This document shows positions 1 through 11,011 of a stretch of 64,000 nt of DNA, piece by piece (position 1 is the stretch's first letter; each line of letters starts with the position of its first letter). The notes under the pieces are model-generated. The model was not told the origin of the DNA, did no database searches, and saw nothing but the letters and a program-made list of their open reading frames with translations. Both the position numbers and the translations under genes were made by a program. The stretch covers positions 1 through 64,000 of the forward strand of contig CAVUDP010000004.1 of NCBI GenBank assembly GCA_963740315.1. The letters run 5' to 3'. This DNA comes from an uncultured cyanobacterium (GTDB lineage Bacteria; Cyanobacteriota; Cyanobacteriia; Cyanobacteriales; Nostocaceae).

Positions 1-1098
1 ATTCCCATAGGTTTTGGCTATGTCGATCGCGCTGATGATTTAAAAGTTTTTACGGTAAGTGTTTCGGAGAAGGAACAGAGTTTTTACTTTCCGTTAGAGC
101 AAAAACCCGATTTTGTCAGCTTTGATGTCGGGAATAATTACCTCAAAACTGTAACTTTGGAATATCCCATACCGGAGTTGAAAGCGCAGTTACTATATGA
201 TAAAAATCCGGTTTCGCGGATTTATGCTGCTGAAGCTTTGGCGAAAAAAAATAGTTTGGAAGCCGTAAAAGCTTTATCGGAGTCGTTAAAAAGCGATGCT
301 TTTTGGGGTGTGCGTGTAGAAGCCGCTAAACAACTTGCAGAAGTTCAGCTAGATCAAGTTTTTGATGTTTTGGTGGAGTATTTATCAGATGATAATCCTT
401 ACGTGCGGCGAACTGTAGCGCAAGCACTTGGTAAAATCAAAACTCAAGCAAGCTTTGAAGCTTTGAAAAAATTATCTGAAGCTGGAGATGATAGCTACTA
501 TGTAGAATCTACTGCTGCTGCTTCTATCGGTTCGATCGCTGCCACAATGGGCGAAGATAAACCGGATGAAGCGGAAGTTGTAGAGTTGCTATCAAATATT
601 TTGCAAACAAAAGCCGGTTGGAATGAAGTTGTGAGAAATGGCGCGATCGCAGGTTTATCTGAATTAAAAACCAGCGAACAAGCTTTAAATTTAATTTTGG
701 ATTATACCAAATTAGGCGTACCGCAAGCTTTACGTTTGGGGGCAATTCGGGCTTTAGGAAAAATTTCTACCGGGCAAAATGCTGTAAATTTAGAAAGAAT
801 TTTGGAAAGGTTAACCAAACTTTCTCAAGAGACTTTCTTTTTAACTCAAATTGCAGTAGCATCTTCACTCGGACAGATGGAAAATAAAAAAGCAATTGCA
901 ATTTTACGCACTTTAGCCGCACAAACTCCGGATGGGCGCGTGCGTCGTTATGCTGAGGAACAAGTTGAAAAAGTGGCTCAAAAAACTAAACCCGATAGTG
1001 CGGTAAAAGAGTTGCGATCCGAATTAGAACAACTCAAACAGCAAAATCAAAAACTTAGAAGTCGCTTGGAAAATTTGGAAGCTAAATCTAAGTCGTGA
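1..1098 (+). CDS. C-terminal part of M1-family aminopeptidase with HEAT repeats (5'-truncated by window)
   Basis: Frame 1 is open from base 1 (IPIGFGY...FYFPLEQKPDFVSFDVGNNYLK). It continues into HEAT/PBS-lyase-like repeats and a coiled-coil tail, as in cyanobacterial PepN-like proteins. Confidence 0.8.
   Translation: MPIGFGYVDRADDLKVFTVSVSEKEQSFYFPLEQKPDFVSFDVGNNYLKTVTLEYPIPELKAQLLYDKNPVSRIYAAEALAKKNSLEAVKALSESLKSDAFWGVRVEAAKQLAEVQLDQVFDVLVEYLSDDNPYVRRTVAQALGKIKTQASFEALKKLSEAGDDSYYVESTAAASIGSIAATMGEDKPDEAEVVELLSNILQTKAGWNEVVRNGAIAGLSELKTSEQALNLILDYTKLGVPQALRLGAIRALGKISTGQNAVNLERILERLTKLSQETFFLTQIAVASSLGQMENKKAIAILRTLAAQTPDGRVRRYAEEQVEKVAQKTKPDSAVKELRSELEQLKQQNQKLRSRLENLEAKSKS
643..650. repeat. 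HIP1 octamer GCGATCGC (one example; many copies across the window)
   Basis: The palindrome recurs throughout coding and non-coding sequence; it is a known cyanobacterial signature. Confidence 0.9.
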
Positions 1099-1161
1099 AA
1101 CACTAAGCTGTTAATAACCTGCTAATAGCTTCAGAAATAAAAAAGCTAAAAAAATTATCTT

Positions 1162-1191
1162 CCCTTCCTGCTTGCGGGGAGGGTTGTTTTT
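1162..1191 (+). terminator. Probable intrinsic terminator
   Basis: CCCTTCCTG-CTTG-CGGGGAGGG hairpin followed by TTGTTTTT, about 60 nt after the stop. Confidence 0.55.
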
Positions 1192-2123
1192 ATCGATTTA
1201 AAAATGACTATATTTTAATTACTGGCATTTATATATACATCAAACCTCTATAAATCGGCGATAATTGAGGATTTTGATGTATTTCGGATAAAAGCTTAGA
1301 TTCTTTACCCGATCGGCAATCTATCATATTATTCTTTTTGCTCAAATTTTTTTAATATTTAACTACAATCTGTTTAACAGTATAGTTATATACGTTTATC
1401 TATGAAAAATTAACTATTTAAGCTTGTTATTGATAGCGCATACGATCTTTTTTAACTAAATAAAGATATTTTTACGTATATCTAACTATAGATGTTACTA
1501 TTTTATCTTCCGTAAATGAAAAATTTATTAATCATAAGCTTTGACAGTTGCAGCGTTCTCTAATAACCTCAGATATAAACTTATTTTTTAGCAGTTGCTG
1601 ACAGCGACTAAGTTACATCTTCTACGATGGTAGAAGGGTTTCTACTTAGCTGTTTTACAGATAGATTGTTTTCATGTTAGGTAAAATAAATTTAATCGCA
1701 CTGAGGTTTTTACTGAATTTTATATTAAGATACTATAAAGCTAATGGGGTTAACATAATCGATCGTGTTTTTAAAAATACGAAATTATTGTGTGATAGCA
1801 TACATTTTGCTTGTATCAGGCACAAATTTTATCCGGCGAATGAAAATTTGATGAAGATTTCGTTAGCTTAAGTGACTTCGATCTTCATTAGTATTAGGAT
1901 TTTAAAAGTGTAAAAAATTATCTAGGTCGAAATAGCAATTATTTTTTGTATAGTTTGTGAAGCAATGATTTATACTTTATCGTTTATTTGTCAAAATTGA
2001 GCGGCATCAAATAGCTGAAAATACTGCTACGGTAGGATATATTTTTTTGCTTATCGAAATATTATCTGAAACGGCTATAACAATAAAGATTTGCGCTTTT
2101 AATATTATGTAGGGTGGTTAATA

Positions 2124-3341
2124 ATGCGTAAGCCTGTTTTAACAATTTTTTACCAATACAATCCCTGGAATACAACAATTGGAGGAATACAGACATTAAT
2201 CAATATTTTTATCAAGTATGCTCCCAAGGAATTTGAGGTGAGACTTGTTGGAACGGCAAATAGTAAAAATGAAACTTTAGGTAAATGGCAAACAAGAGAA
2301 TGGGGAGGCAGAGAAATACAATTCCTGCCTTTATTTGTGGTAGAAGACGATAACGTTAGAGGTATAGTACCAACGACGGTAAAATATACGGCTGCGTTGA
2401 TGGGGCGTTGCTATGCTTCTGATTTTATGCACTTCAACAGACTGGAGCCTGCTTTAGCCACTTTCAATTGGAAAGGGGAAAAAACGTTATTTGTCCATAA
2501 CGATATCAAAAAGCAGATGAGTGCCGATAACGATAAAAATGCGATTTTATGGCGACGATTACCGGCAGCTTATTTTGCTTTAGAACGATTATTAGTGAGA
2601 CAGTTTGACCATATTTATTCGTGCAATAGTAATTCTAAATCGCTTTATCAACAGCGTTATCCCGATATATCCGACAGGATAAGCTTGTTGAAAAATAGTT
2701 TTGATGAAGAGGTTTTTTATCCAGTATCTCGTGAGGAACGCGATCGCCTCCGCTGCGAGTTGGCTCATTCTTTAAACCTTAACGAAAACACCCGTTTTAT
2801 ACTGTTTGCTGGTAGGCTGCATCCCCAAAAAGACCCTTTATTATTAATACGTTCGATAAAAGCATTAGATGAGCCGAATATTCACTTATTGATCGCGGGT
2901 GAGGGTGAATTGACCTCTCAAGTACGTAATGAAATTAGTTATTTAGGATTAGAGGGGCGAGTCACAATGCTGGGAATAGTTCAACAAAAAGAACTGTCGG
3001 ATTTACATCGTGCTTGCAATGCTGTTGTATTAACCAGCGCTTTCGAGGGATTGCCTTTGGTGGTTTTAGAGGCGCTTGCTTGCGGAACCCCAATTGTTAC
3101 CACTGAGGCTGGCGATACTCCTTTATTGCTGACCAAAAATAGTGGGGTTGTTTGCCCTGCGCGATCGCCTCAATGTATTGCTGATGCTTTGCGTAAAGTT
3201 GCAATGCATCCAGAAAATTATCCAGTTGCAGAATGCGTTAAAAGCGCCGCGCCTTATGCTGCAAGCACTGTAGTCGATCGAGTTTACAGTCAAATGTGGC
3301 AACGTTGGGAGCAACGCTTAAAACACTCTATTAGCGTTTAG
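2124..3341 (+). CDS. Glycosyltransferase family 4
   Basis: GRLHPQKD and SAFEGLPLVVLEALACGTPIV (EX7E) motifs. Confidence 0.9.
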   Translation: MRKPVLTIFYQYNPWNTTIGGIQTLINIFIKYAPKEFEVRLVGTANSKNETLGKWQTREWGGREIQFLPLFVVEDDNVRGIVPTTVKYTAALMGRCYASDFMHFNRLEPALATFNWKGEKTLFVHNDIKKQMSADNDKNAILWRRLPAAYFALERLLVRQFDHIYSCNSNSKSLYQQRYPDISDRISLLKNSFDEEVFYPVSREERDRLRCELAHSLNLNENTRFILFAGRLHPQKDPLLLIRSIKALDEPNIHLLIAGEGELTSQVRNEISYLGLEGRVTMLGIVQQKELSDLHRACNAVVLTSAFEGLPLVVLEALACGTPIVTTEAGDTPLLLTKNSGVVCPARSPQCIADALRKVAMHPENYPVAECVKSAAPYAASTVVDRVYSQMWQRWEQRLKHSISV

Positions 3342-3380
3342 CGCTTATAAACCTCAATTGAGAGTAAAAAAGAGCCTCCT

Positions 3381-4556
3381 ATGAAAATTGCTGTAATTGG
3401 TGCAAAAGGTCTACCTCCCATGCAGGGCGGAATCGAGCATTACTGTGCGGAAGTTTATCCCCGCATGGTAGCAAACGGTCACAGTGTAGATTTATTTGCT
3501 CGTTCTTCTTATACCAATAGTTCTTGGCTTGAGAATTACGATTTTGAAGGCGTTAAAGTTATTTCTTTACCCGATGTACGGATGAGAGGTGTAAATGCTT
3601 TCATTACCTCCGCGCTAGGAACATTAGCCACCACTGGTAATAGATACGACATCATTCATTTTCAGGCTCTGGGTCCATCTTTATTCACGGGTTTATCGAG
3701 AATTACCACAAACTCAAAGATTGTCGTTACCTGTCATGGATTAGACTGGCAACGAGCTAAATGGGGCAATTTTTCGACTCGTTTAATTAAAATGGGCGAA
3801 CAAGCAGCAGTACGTTACGCTCACGCAATAATCGCCGTTTCCGATCCGCTTAAGACTTATTTTGGGCAAAATTACGGTAGAGAAGTAGTATATATTCCTA
3901 CCGCGCCAGCGAGTTATGCCGAGTCTAACTTAGATTTTGTCTACGGCAGCAAGTTGGGACTGGAGCGAGGAAGATATATATTGTTTCTAGGCAGATTGGT
4001 ACCGGAAAAACGTCCCGATTTACTTGTGGAAGCCTTCAAAAATTTGCAGCCATCTTGGAAGCTTGTATTAGCTGGAGGCGTTAGTCATACAAAATCCTTT
4101 ACTGCCTCGTTATTAAAAGAAATTGCTCTCGATCGCAACATAGTATTTGCAGGGGAACTTCGAGGAGCGCGTTTAGCAGAAATTGTCCGTTCGGCTGGGT
4201 TATTTGTATTACCTTCAGATGTGGAAGGATTACCAATGGCGATGTTAGAAGCGATGCGCGAAGGTATACCGATATTGGCAAGCAATATTCCACCCCATCA
4301 GCAGTTAATTGGTGGAGGGCGAGGCAGACTTTTTGAAGCTGGTTCCCTAGAATCTTGCATAAACGAACTATCCTGGGCTACCGAAAACTCAACTCAAATG
4401 GCAGCAATGGCTCAAGATGCCCAAAATTATGTAAATCTAAACTATAGCTGGGACAGTATTACCAACGAAACCTTGAAGTTATATAAAACGATATTAGACT
4501 TGCCTTTAGAAGTTGAGAATTCAGAAAAAGGATTGGCGGGAGTTTTTAAAGAATGA
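3381..4556 (+). CDS. Glycosyltransferase family 4
   Basis: GGIE N-terminal loop, GRLVPEK, SDVEGLPMAMLEAM. Confidence 0.9.
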   Translation: MKIAVIGAKGLPPMQGGIEHYCAEVYPRMVANGHSVDLFARSSYTNSSWLENYDFEGVKVISLPDVRMRGVNAFITSALGTLATTGNRYDIIHFQALGPSLFTGLSRITTNSKIVVTCHGLDWQRAKWGNFSTRLIKMGEQAAVRYAHAIIAVSDPLKTYFGQNYGREVVYIPTAPASYAESNLDFVYGSKLGLERGRYILFLGRLVPEKRPDLLVEAFKNLQPSWKLVLAGGVSHTKSFTASLLKEIALDRNIVFAGELRGARLAEIVRSAGLFVLPSDVEGLPMAMLEAMREGIPILASNIPPHQQLIGGGRGRLFEAGSLESCINELSWATENSTQMAAMAQDAQNYVNLNYSWDSITNETLKLYKTILDLPLEVENSEKGLAGVFKE

Positions 4557-4557
4557 G

Positions 4558-4737
4558 TGGAGAGGGGGAGATGGGGAGAGGGGGAGATGGGGAGATGGGG
4601 AGATGGGGAGATGGGGAGATGGGGAGATGGGGAGATGGGGTAGAAATAATATTCATCACTCTTAATTCTTAACTCCTAATTCTTAACTCCTAATTCCTAA
4701 CTCCTAATTCTTAACTCCTAATTCCTAACTCTTTTAA
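4558..4737. repeat. Short tandem repeats: GGGGAGAT tract followed by CCTAATT/CTTAACT heptamers (STRR-type)
   Basis: Directly visible tandem 8-mers and 7-mers between genes. Confidence 0.9.
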
Positions 4738-4792
4738 TCCAAAACAAAAGCATCCGTTGTTAAAATCTAAAATTATAAAAAAGGTATGCGTA

Positions 4793-6949
4793 ATGGAGAA
4801 AGGTATTTCATCTTTGCTAATGGTATTAAGGCGGCGAAGTTTGCCTGCGATCGCTACTTTTTTGGCGGCGATCGGTGGGGCTGTTGTTTACCTTGGCGTT
4901 ACGCCGCGTGTTTATGAAAGTTCGGCGCGGTTGATGCTTGATGAAAAACAGGTGAGTGTTTCTGAGTTGGGTAGAGATTTAACTCAACTTGTAAATCCGA
5001 TGCCTGGAGGTCCTAGCCCTTTGGCGGATCAAGCTGAGTTGGTGAAGTCGCAACGGGTTTTGGAAAAGGCGATTGAAATATTTAAGACTCAATTCCAACA
5101 AAAAGATGAGGTAAGTTTTGGTAAAGACGGATTGACACCAAAATATTTACGCAAAAACTTGACGGTGAAAATAGTTCCTGCAACTAATATTCTGCAAATC
5201 AACTATGAAAATAAAAACCCGATTTTAGCGGCTCAATTGCTTAATGCTGTATCTGAAGCGATGCTTGATTACGATATTAAAGCTATTAGTTCCGAAGCGA
5301 CAAAAGTTAAGCAATTTTTGGAAAATAAACAGCTGCCGATCGCGACAAAGAAATTGCAACAGGCTGAAGCGGCGGAAAATAAGTACAGACAAGCCAGCGG
5401 TATTGTGGCGTTTGACGAACAAACTGAATCTCTGGTGGAGAATTTAGCATCTCTCGAACAACAAGAACGAACTTTGACTGCTTTAGTTGCAGAAGTGCGA
5501 TCGCAAGAAGCTTCTTTACGACAAATTACAAATGCTGGTAGTCTCAGTAGTGCTTATTCTGCGGTACGTAGCGGTTCGGATCAAGAAATAACTAAGATGC
5601 GGGCTAGTTTAGCAGAGTTGGAACGGCAGTTGGTGGATGCGCGTTTGCGGTTTACTCAAAATCATCCCGAAGTAATGCAGTTAACGGAAAAACGGGATGC
5701 TTTCCGTCAGATGTATCAGCAAGAATTAGCTAAAGTATCATCCACAAATCAAGCTGTTCCTTCAAATAAGATCGCTTCTGACGCACTTTCCCAAGAGTTA
5801 ACTTCTAGGTTAATTGCCAATCAAATTGAACGTGCAGCCATTGAAAATAAATTAGCAGCAGTACAGGCACAAACGTCTGAATTAAAAGCTCGTCTGGCTC
5901 AACTACCAATCAAACAGCAACCTTTAACTACACTTGTTCGCCAACGGGAAGAAGCTGCTTCAAGTTTGAAATTTCTGCAAAGCAAGTTAGAGGAAGCACG
6001 GATTGCCCAAGCACAAAAGGTGAGCAATATCCGGATTATAGAAGAGGCTAAAGTCCCAGAATTGCCAGCATCCCCGAAAAAAGCTGTGGTTTTGGCTTTG
6101 GCTACGATTTTTGGCGGTATTTTAGCTACTGGCGTTATCTTGCTGCTGGAATTGATGGATAACACTTTAAGAGATGCTAGTGAAGCCGAAGAATTACTCA
6201 ACCTACCGTTATTGGGAGTATTGCCGCGTTTGCCTGGAAAAACTTTGGTTTTAGAACCCTCAGACAGATTTTTAGACGAAATTGGTTTGGTGGAACCTTA
6301 CCGAATGCTGTTTAAAACCCTGGAATTTCGCAGTGACACCCAACTGCACCTGATTGTAGTCAGCAGCACTATCTCCGGTGAAGGTAAATCGGTGGTAGTT
6401 TCTCACTTAGCCGCAGTTTCAGCGATGCTGTCTCGCAAAACACTAGTAATCGACGCAGATTTACGCAGACCAGTCCAGCACACTCTGTTCAATTTACCAC
6501 CGAAGCCGGGGATTACTGAGATCGTCGAGGGTAGCAGAAGCTTCATCGATGCAATTCAAAAAACAGACGTAGATAATTTAGACATCTTAACCTGCGGCGA
6601 ACTGCATGGAAGACCTTCCCAGCTATTAGAATCTGCGGCGATGAAATCGATTCTGAAATCGGCAGCGGAAGAATACGATTTAGTTTTAATCGATACGCCT
6701 CCGATAAGTGCTTGTGCTGATGCGGCAACTTTAGGCAAAGATAGCGACGGAGTAGTTTTAGTTACACGTCCGAGTTTAACCAATAAAGAAATGCTGCAAA
6801 GAGCAGTATCAGAATTGACTCGCGATCGCATCCAAATTTTAGGAGTTGTAGTTAACGGAATGTCCAATCTCACAGAAAAGTATTACCGCTATCCCGTCAA
6901 CAATTACCAACCGACAAGACATTTAACTTCTGGAGGAAGAAGTAGATAA
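4793..6949 (+). CDS. wzc: Polysaccharide co-polymerase / tyrosine kinase (Wzc/GumC family)
   Basis: Two TM segments flank a long coiled coil. Walker A SGEGKS, IDADLRRP and DTPP motifs and a Tyr-containing tail are present. ATG at 4793 preferred over TTG at 4757. Confidence 0.88.
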   Translation: MEKGISSLLMVLRRRSLPAIATFLAAIGGAVVYLGVTPRVYESSARLMLDEKQVSVSELGRDLTQLVNPMPGGPSPLADQAELVKSQRVLEKAIEIFKTQFQQKDEVSFGKDGLTPKYLRKNLTVKIVPATNILQINYENKNPILAAQLLNAVSEAMLDYDIKAISSEATKVKQFLENKQLPIATKKLQQAEAAENKYRQASGIVAFDEQTESLVENLASLEQQERTLTALVAEVRSQEASLRQITNAGSLSSAYSAVRSGSDQEITKMRASLAELERQLVDARLRFTQNHPEVMQLTEKRDAFRQMYQQELAKVSSTNQAVPSNKIASDALSQELTSRLIANQIERAAIENKLAAVQAQTSELKARLAQLPIKQQPLTTLVRQREEAASSLKFLQSKLEEARIAQAQKVSNIRIIEEAKVPELPASPKKAVVLALATIFGGILATGVILLLELMDNTLRDASEAEELLNLPLLGVLPRLPGKTLVLEPSDRFLDEIGLVEPYRMLFKTLEFRSDTQLHLIVVSSTISGEGKSVVVSHLAAVSAMLSRKTLVIDADLRRPVQHTLFNLPPKPGITEIVEGSRSFIDAIQKTDVDNLDILTCGELHGRPSQLLESAAMKSILKSAAEEYDLVLIDTPPISACADAATLGKDSDGVVLVTRPSLTNKEMLQRAVSELTRDRIQILGVVVNGMSNLTEKYYRYPVNNYQPTRHLTSGGRSR

Positions 6950-6951
6950 AG

Positions 6952-8361
6952 ATGTTAATTGATAAATTAAATAGTTCTTTTTATTTATCGTTTTTGGTAG
7001 GATTGGCAGGGGTTGCGATCGGTGTAGCTGTAGGATTTGGGGCTGGTGCGTTACCCGTTTACGTCGGCTTGCTTTTGGGTGCAGTGACGGTACTCGTGTT
7101 CTTTTTTGCCCAATTTCAACAAGCCGTATTTACCTTATTAATTTTACGTAGTGCCTTAGATCCTTTTTCAGTACAGCAAGTACCTGCTGCTTTTGCGATT
7201 GGATTAGATGGGCTGACTATACTTTATGTAATAGTTCAAATTTTAATCGGCAAAAAAATTCACACCGATAAATTTTTCTGGATTTTTGCAGGGTGGATAG
7301 CGTTTCTAGGAATATGGATCGTGCTACCGCTAGTAGGTTGGGGAATATTAGGAACAACTCATTTAATAGACGGTATTCGAGAATGGACGCGATTATTTTC
7401 GTGGCTGATGGTATATCTGCTGGTGATGCAATTAAAAGGAAGAATTCATCCACAAAAAGCGATACCAATCTTATTTTTTAGTCTTTTAATACCGTTAATA
7501 GTAGGATACTTACAGCTTGCCATACCTTCGCGACTTCCTGCTGCGCTAACTTGCCCAAACTGTTTTAATTCAACTTTAGGACATCCAAGCACATTCGGAA
7601 CTTTTTTATTTTTATTTATTAGTTTAATTCTGTGGAAATTAGGTCATGTAAAACAAAACCGTTGGCTGTGGTTGACATTATTAAGTAATTTGGCATTCTT
7701 TATGGTAATGACAAGATTGCTTACCAGTTTAATTATGATGTCAGTTTTTGTAATGGTTTTGATTGTACCTAAATTGAATTTATTCAGGTTAATTGGGGCA
7801 ACTATATTTATCGCAATTATATTTTACTTATTCGCGAGTACGGATTTTGGCAGTGAAAAATTAGCTGGACTTTTAGATACACCAATTTTTAATCACGATT
7901 TAGATATATCGCGAACAATATTATTATCATTTGGAGATGGAAACAGTGCAAATTGGCGAATTGCCCAATGGGTTTTTCTAATAGACGCTTGGAAACAATC
8001 GCCGCTTTTAGGATATGGCTTGGGTACTAGTAAATATATAACTTTTTTTCAAAATTACGCTCATAACGATTATCTTCGATATCTTGCAGAAACTGGAATT
8101 ATCGGATTAACGGGCTTTATTTTATTTTTAGTAATGCAAGTAGTTTATCTAGTCAAATATCTGCGAAATTCACCATTAGGAAGTCCCCGCCGAAACATTT
8201 GTATAACAATGATTGCTATTTTTGCAGCAATAATTATAGGAATGGCTACCGATAACGTTTGGAATCACACAACTTTATTTTTCTATTGGTGGCTATTATT
8301 TGCGATCGTTGGATGGGAAGAGGGAGAGGGGATGGGGGGAGATAGGGAGATGGGGAGATAG
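6952..8361 (+). CDS. O-antigen ligase / Wzy-like polymerase
   Basis: Multi-TM protein with SPLLGYGLG and AHNDYLRYLAETGIIG motifs. The last residues are encoded by a GGGGAGAT repeat tract. Confidence 0.85.
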   Translation: MLIDKLNSSFYLSFLVGLAGVAIGVAVGFGAGALPVYVGLLLGAVTVLVFFFAQFQQAVFTLLILRSALDPFSVQQVPAAFAIGLDGLTILYVIVQILIGKKIHTDKFFWIFAGWIAFLGIWIVLPLVGWGILGTTHLIDGIREWTRLFSWLMVYLLVMQLKGRIHPQKAIPILFFSLLIPLIVGYLQLAIPSRLPAALTCPNCFNSTLGHPSTFGTFLFLFISLILWKLGHVKQNRWLWLTLLSNLAFFMVMTRLLTSLIMMSVFVMVLIVPKLNLFRLIGATIFIAIIFYLFASTDFGSEKLAGLLDTPIFNHDLDISRTILLSFGDGNSANWRIAQWVFLIDAWKQSPLLGYGLGTSKYITFFQNYAHNDYLRYLAETGIIGLTGFILFLVMQVVYLVKYLRNSPLGSPRRNICITMIAIFAAIIIGMATDNVWNHTTLFFYWWLLFAIVGWEEGEGMGGDREMGR

Positions 8362-8452
8362 GGGGATGGGGAGATGGGGAGATGGGGAGATGGGGAGATG
8401 GGGAGAGAATTATTAATTGATAACTGGTAACTGGTAACTGCTAACTGCTAAA
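8320..8452. repeat. GGGGAGAT tract overlapping the CDS end, plus TAACTGG heptamers
   Basis: Visible tandem repeats. Confidence 0.85.
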
Positions 8453-8454
8453 AC

Positions 8455-9648
8455 TTGGAGTTTAATAAAGTGACTCAACAACTGATAAATACTAGTAATA
8501 TGCAGCAAGAGGTAAATAAAAAAGATGCTTACAAAATAGTTATTATTCATCCGAGTGCGGGTGTGAATTGGAGTGGTGGATCGGAAATTTTTGCGATAGA
8601 AATTACTCGCCGTCTTAGTGCTTACTTTGATGTGGAACTTTTAAGTGGTGCTGAATGCGGTGAATTTTCTCGCGTATCTGGGGGCATCCCTCGCAGTTAT
8701 ACTTATGATTTTATCAACCAACCATCGATCAAAAATTTAGTGCATCGCTTTGCAAATCATCCTGAAATTATTATCGAACATTTAACTAATTTTTTACCTT
8801 GCGTGACTCGTTGTTTAACAAATTCTGCCGATTTAATATTTCCTTGTAATGACTATGGAGGGTTAGCGATCGCTGCTGCTGTACGTGCTGTAAAAGGTAC
8901 TCCCATACTTCATACCGAACATAATGGTTTATTAGCTCAAGGAAAATGTTTGCGACGCAATCTGCGTTTTTCTCCCGATAGTTTGGTGGTTTTTGATGAA
9001 AAAACTGCTGCATTTGCTCGCAATATTAAACCAACGCAACAGATAAATATTATTTCTAACGGAGTTGATTTAGAAAAGTTTACTCCTGAAGGAAACAAGA
9101 TAGACTTTGGTTTAACAAAACCAGTTGTATTGTGTGTTGCTTCTTTAAATCGTAATAATCACAAACGAGTCGATTTAGCGATCGACGCTGTTTCTCGTTT
9201 ACCGCAAGTAAGTTTATTATTGTGTGGAGATGGACCCGATAAAGACTATTATCAGTCTCAAGGCGATAAATTACTTGGTTCAAATCGATTTAAAATATGT
9301 ACGTTTCCTTTTCAACAAATGCCGTCCGTTTATCGCAGCGCCGATATATTTACGCTTCCTTCTATCAACGAACCTTTCAGCTTGTCTTATATGGAAGCAA
9401 TGGCGAGTGGTTTACCAGTAGTTACAACCGATGATGAAATGCGTAATTTTATTGTCGGCGATAGCGGTATTTTATGCGATGTCACTAATCCAGAAATATA
9501 TGCAAATGCAATCTTCAAATTATTAAAAGAAAACTGGCAGCAAAAAGCCAGAAATAACGCTTCAAGGTTCAGTTGGGATGCGATCGCGTTAAGATATCGC
9601 GATGTGATTTTAGAAACAATTGGGAATAGGTTAAAGGTTAAAGGTTGA
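8455..9648 (+). CDS. Glycosyltransferase family 4
   Basis: GGSE loop and EPFSLSYMEAMASGLPVV. True start may be GTG 8470 or ATG 8500. Confidence 0.88.
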   Translation: MEFNKVTQQLINTSNMQQEVNKKDAYKIVIIHPSAGVNWSGGSEIFAIEITRRLSAYFDVELLSGAECGEFSRVSGGIPRSYTYDFINQPSIKNLVHRFANHPEIIIEHLTNFLPCVTRCLTNSADLIFPCNDYGGLAIAAAVRAVKGTPILHTEHNGLLAQGKCLRRNLRFSPDSLVVFDEKTAAFARNIKPTQQINIISNGVDLEKFTPEGNKIDFGLTKPVVLCVASLNRNNHKRVDLAIDAVSRLPQVSLLLCGDGPDKDYYQSQGDKLLGSNRFKICTFPFQQMPSVYRSADIFTLPSINEPFSLSYMEAMASGLPVVTTDDEMRNFIVGDSGILCDVTNPEIYANAIFKLLKENWQQKARNNASRFSWDAIALRYRDVILETIGNRLKVKG

Positions 9649-9726
9649 AATAACTATATGAAAACATAAATATCTAAGAATACATCTTTTTTTGCAAAAA
9701 CTATTTAATCAAGAGGTTTTATTTAA

Positions 9727-10665
9727 ATGCCATGCTGCTCTATAATTATTCCCGCATATAACGCGATCGAGTATTTACCAGAAACTCTAGAAAGTGTTTT
9801 AAAACAGACTTTTACAGATTTTGAAGTTTTAATTATTAATGATGGAAGTTCCGACAATATTGTAGAATGGTTTGGGAATGTGACAGACCCGCGAGTTAAA
9901 TTAACTTCTCAACAAAATCAAGGTGTTTCAGCAGCAAGAAATACAGGTATTGCTGAAGCAAAAGGAGAATATATTGCATTTATTGACGCAGATGATTTGT
10001 GGGAAGCAACCAAATTAGAAAAACAATTACAATGTTTAAAAAATAATCCTTCATTAGGCTTAGTTCATACCGCAATGGCGCTAATTGATGAAGAAGGAAA
10101 ATCTTTAGGAAGAACATTCACATCAAATGTAGAAGGTGATGCTCTTAAACCATTATTAGAACAAAATACAATAGTTACTTCTTCAGTAATAGTTCGTCAT
10201 AGCTGTTTAGAAGTAGGATTTGATAATAACTTAACTTCATCAGAAGATTGGGAACTTTGGGTGCGTATTGCTTCACGTTATCCCTTTGCATTCATAAAAG
10301 AACCCTTAGTTTATTATCGTCAACATCCCAACAATACAACCAAAAATTGGCAAATGCTCGAACAAGATTTACATTCAATCGAGCAAGTATTCCAATCGGT
10401 ACCTCAAGAATTATCTTACTTAAAAAACCGTACTTATGCTCATGCAAACATTTACTTAGCTTGGAAAGCCTTACAAACAGGTTATTGCCAAAAAGCAGCC
10501 TATTTTCGCGATCGAGCAATCCAACATTATCCGAAAATACTTTTTTCCCCCCAAATCATCCGTTTGAGTTTAGCGATCGCGCTTCTACAAATCTTCGGAA
10601 ACAAAGGCTTTAACAGAATCCAGGGTTTTGTTTATAGCATACGTCGGCGTTTGACGATGGAGTGA
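9727..10665 (+). CDS. Glycosyltransferase family 2
   Basis: SIIIPAYN, INDGSSD, FIDADD and SEDWELW motifs. Confidence 0.92.
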   Translation: MPCCSIIIPAYNAIEYLPETLESVLKQTFTDFEVLIINDGSSDNIVEWFGNVTDPRVKLTSQQNQGVSAARNTGIAEAKGEYIAFIDADDLWEATKLEKQLQCLKNNPSLGLVHTAMALIDEEGKSLGRTFTSNVEGDALKPLLEQNTIVTSSVIVRHSCLEVGFDNNLTSSEDWELWVRIASRYPFAFIKEPLVYYRQHPNNTTKNWQMLEQDLHSIEQVFQSVPQELSYLKNRTYAHANIYLAWKALQTGYCQKAAYFRDRAIQHYPKILFSPQIIRLSLAIALLQIFGNKGFNRIQGFVYSIRRRLTME

Positions 10666-11006
10666 TGGGGAGAGGGGGGGATGGGGAGAGGGGGAGTACT
10701 TCGACAAGCTCAGTAACCTTTGGGGAGATGGGGAGTACTTCGACAAGCTCAGTAACCTTTGGGGAGAGGGGGAGTACTTCGACAAGCTCAGTAACCTTTG
10801 GGGAGAGGGGGGGGATGGGGAGATGGGGGGATAGGGAGATGGGGGGAAATCCTAACTCATAACTCATAACTCCGGTGGTCCTAACTCCGGTGGTCCTAAC
10901 AACTAACAACTAACAACTAACAACTAACAACTAACAACTAACAACTAACTCCTAACTCCTAACTTTCAATGCCCAATCCAAAATCCAAAATCTAAAATCA
11001 AAAATC
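10666..11006. repeat. Composite repeat region: 3 x 39-bp unit (GGGGAGTACTTCGACAAGCTCAGTAACCTTTGGGGAGA) in G-rich tracts, then CTAACAA heptamers
   Basis: Cores at 10696, 10735 and 10774; heptamer tract at about 10897-10962. Confidence 0.9.
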
Positions 11007-11011
11007 GAATT

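Noticed and set aside
1674..1871. Small ORFs in AT-rich intergenic regions (also 21083-21277, 21374-21580, 36892-37161, 61166-61357)
   Set aside because: No motifs or clear RBS, and the composition is typical of chance ORFs in promoter regions.
10585..10909. Short ORFs with repeated peptides (10585-10785, 10610-10909, 10662-10862)
   Set aside because: They are translations of the 39-bp and G-rich DNA repeats, with no independent coding evidence.
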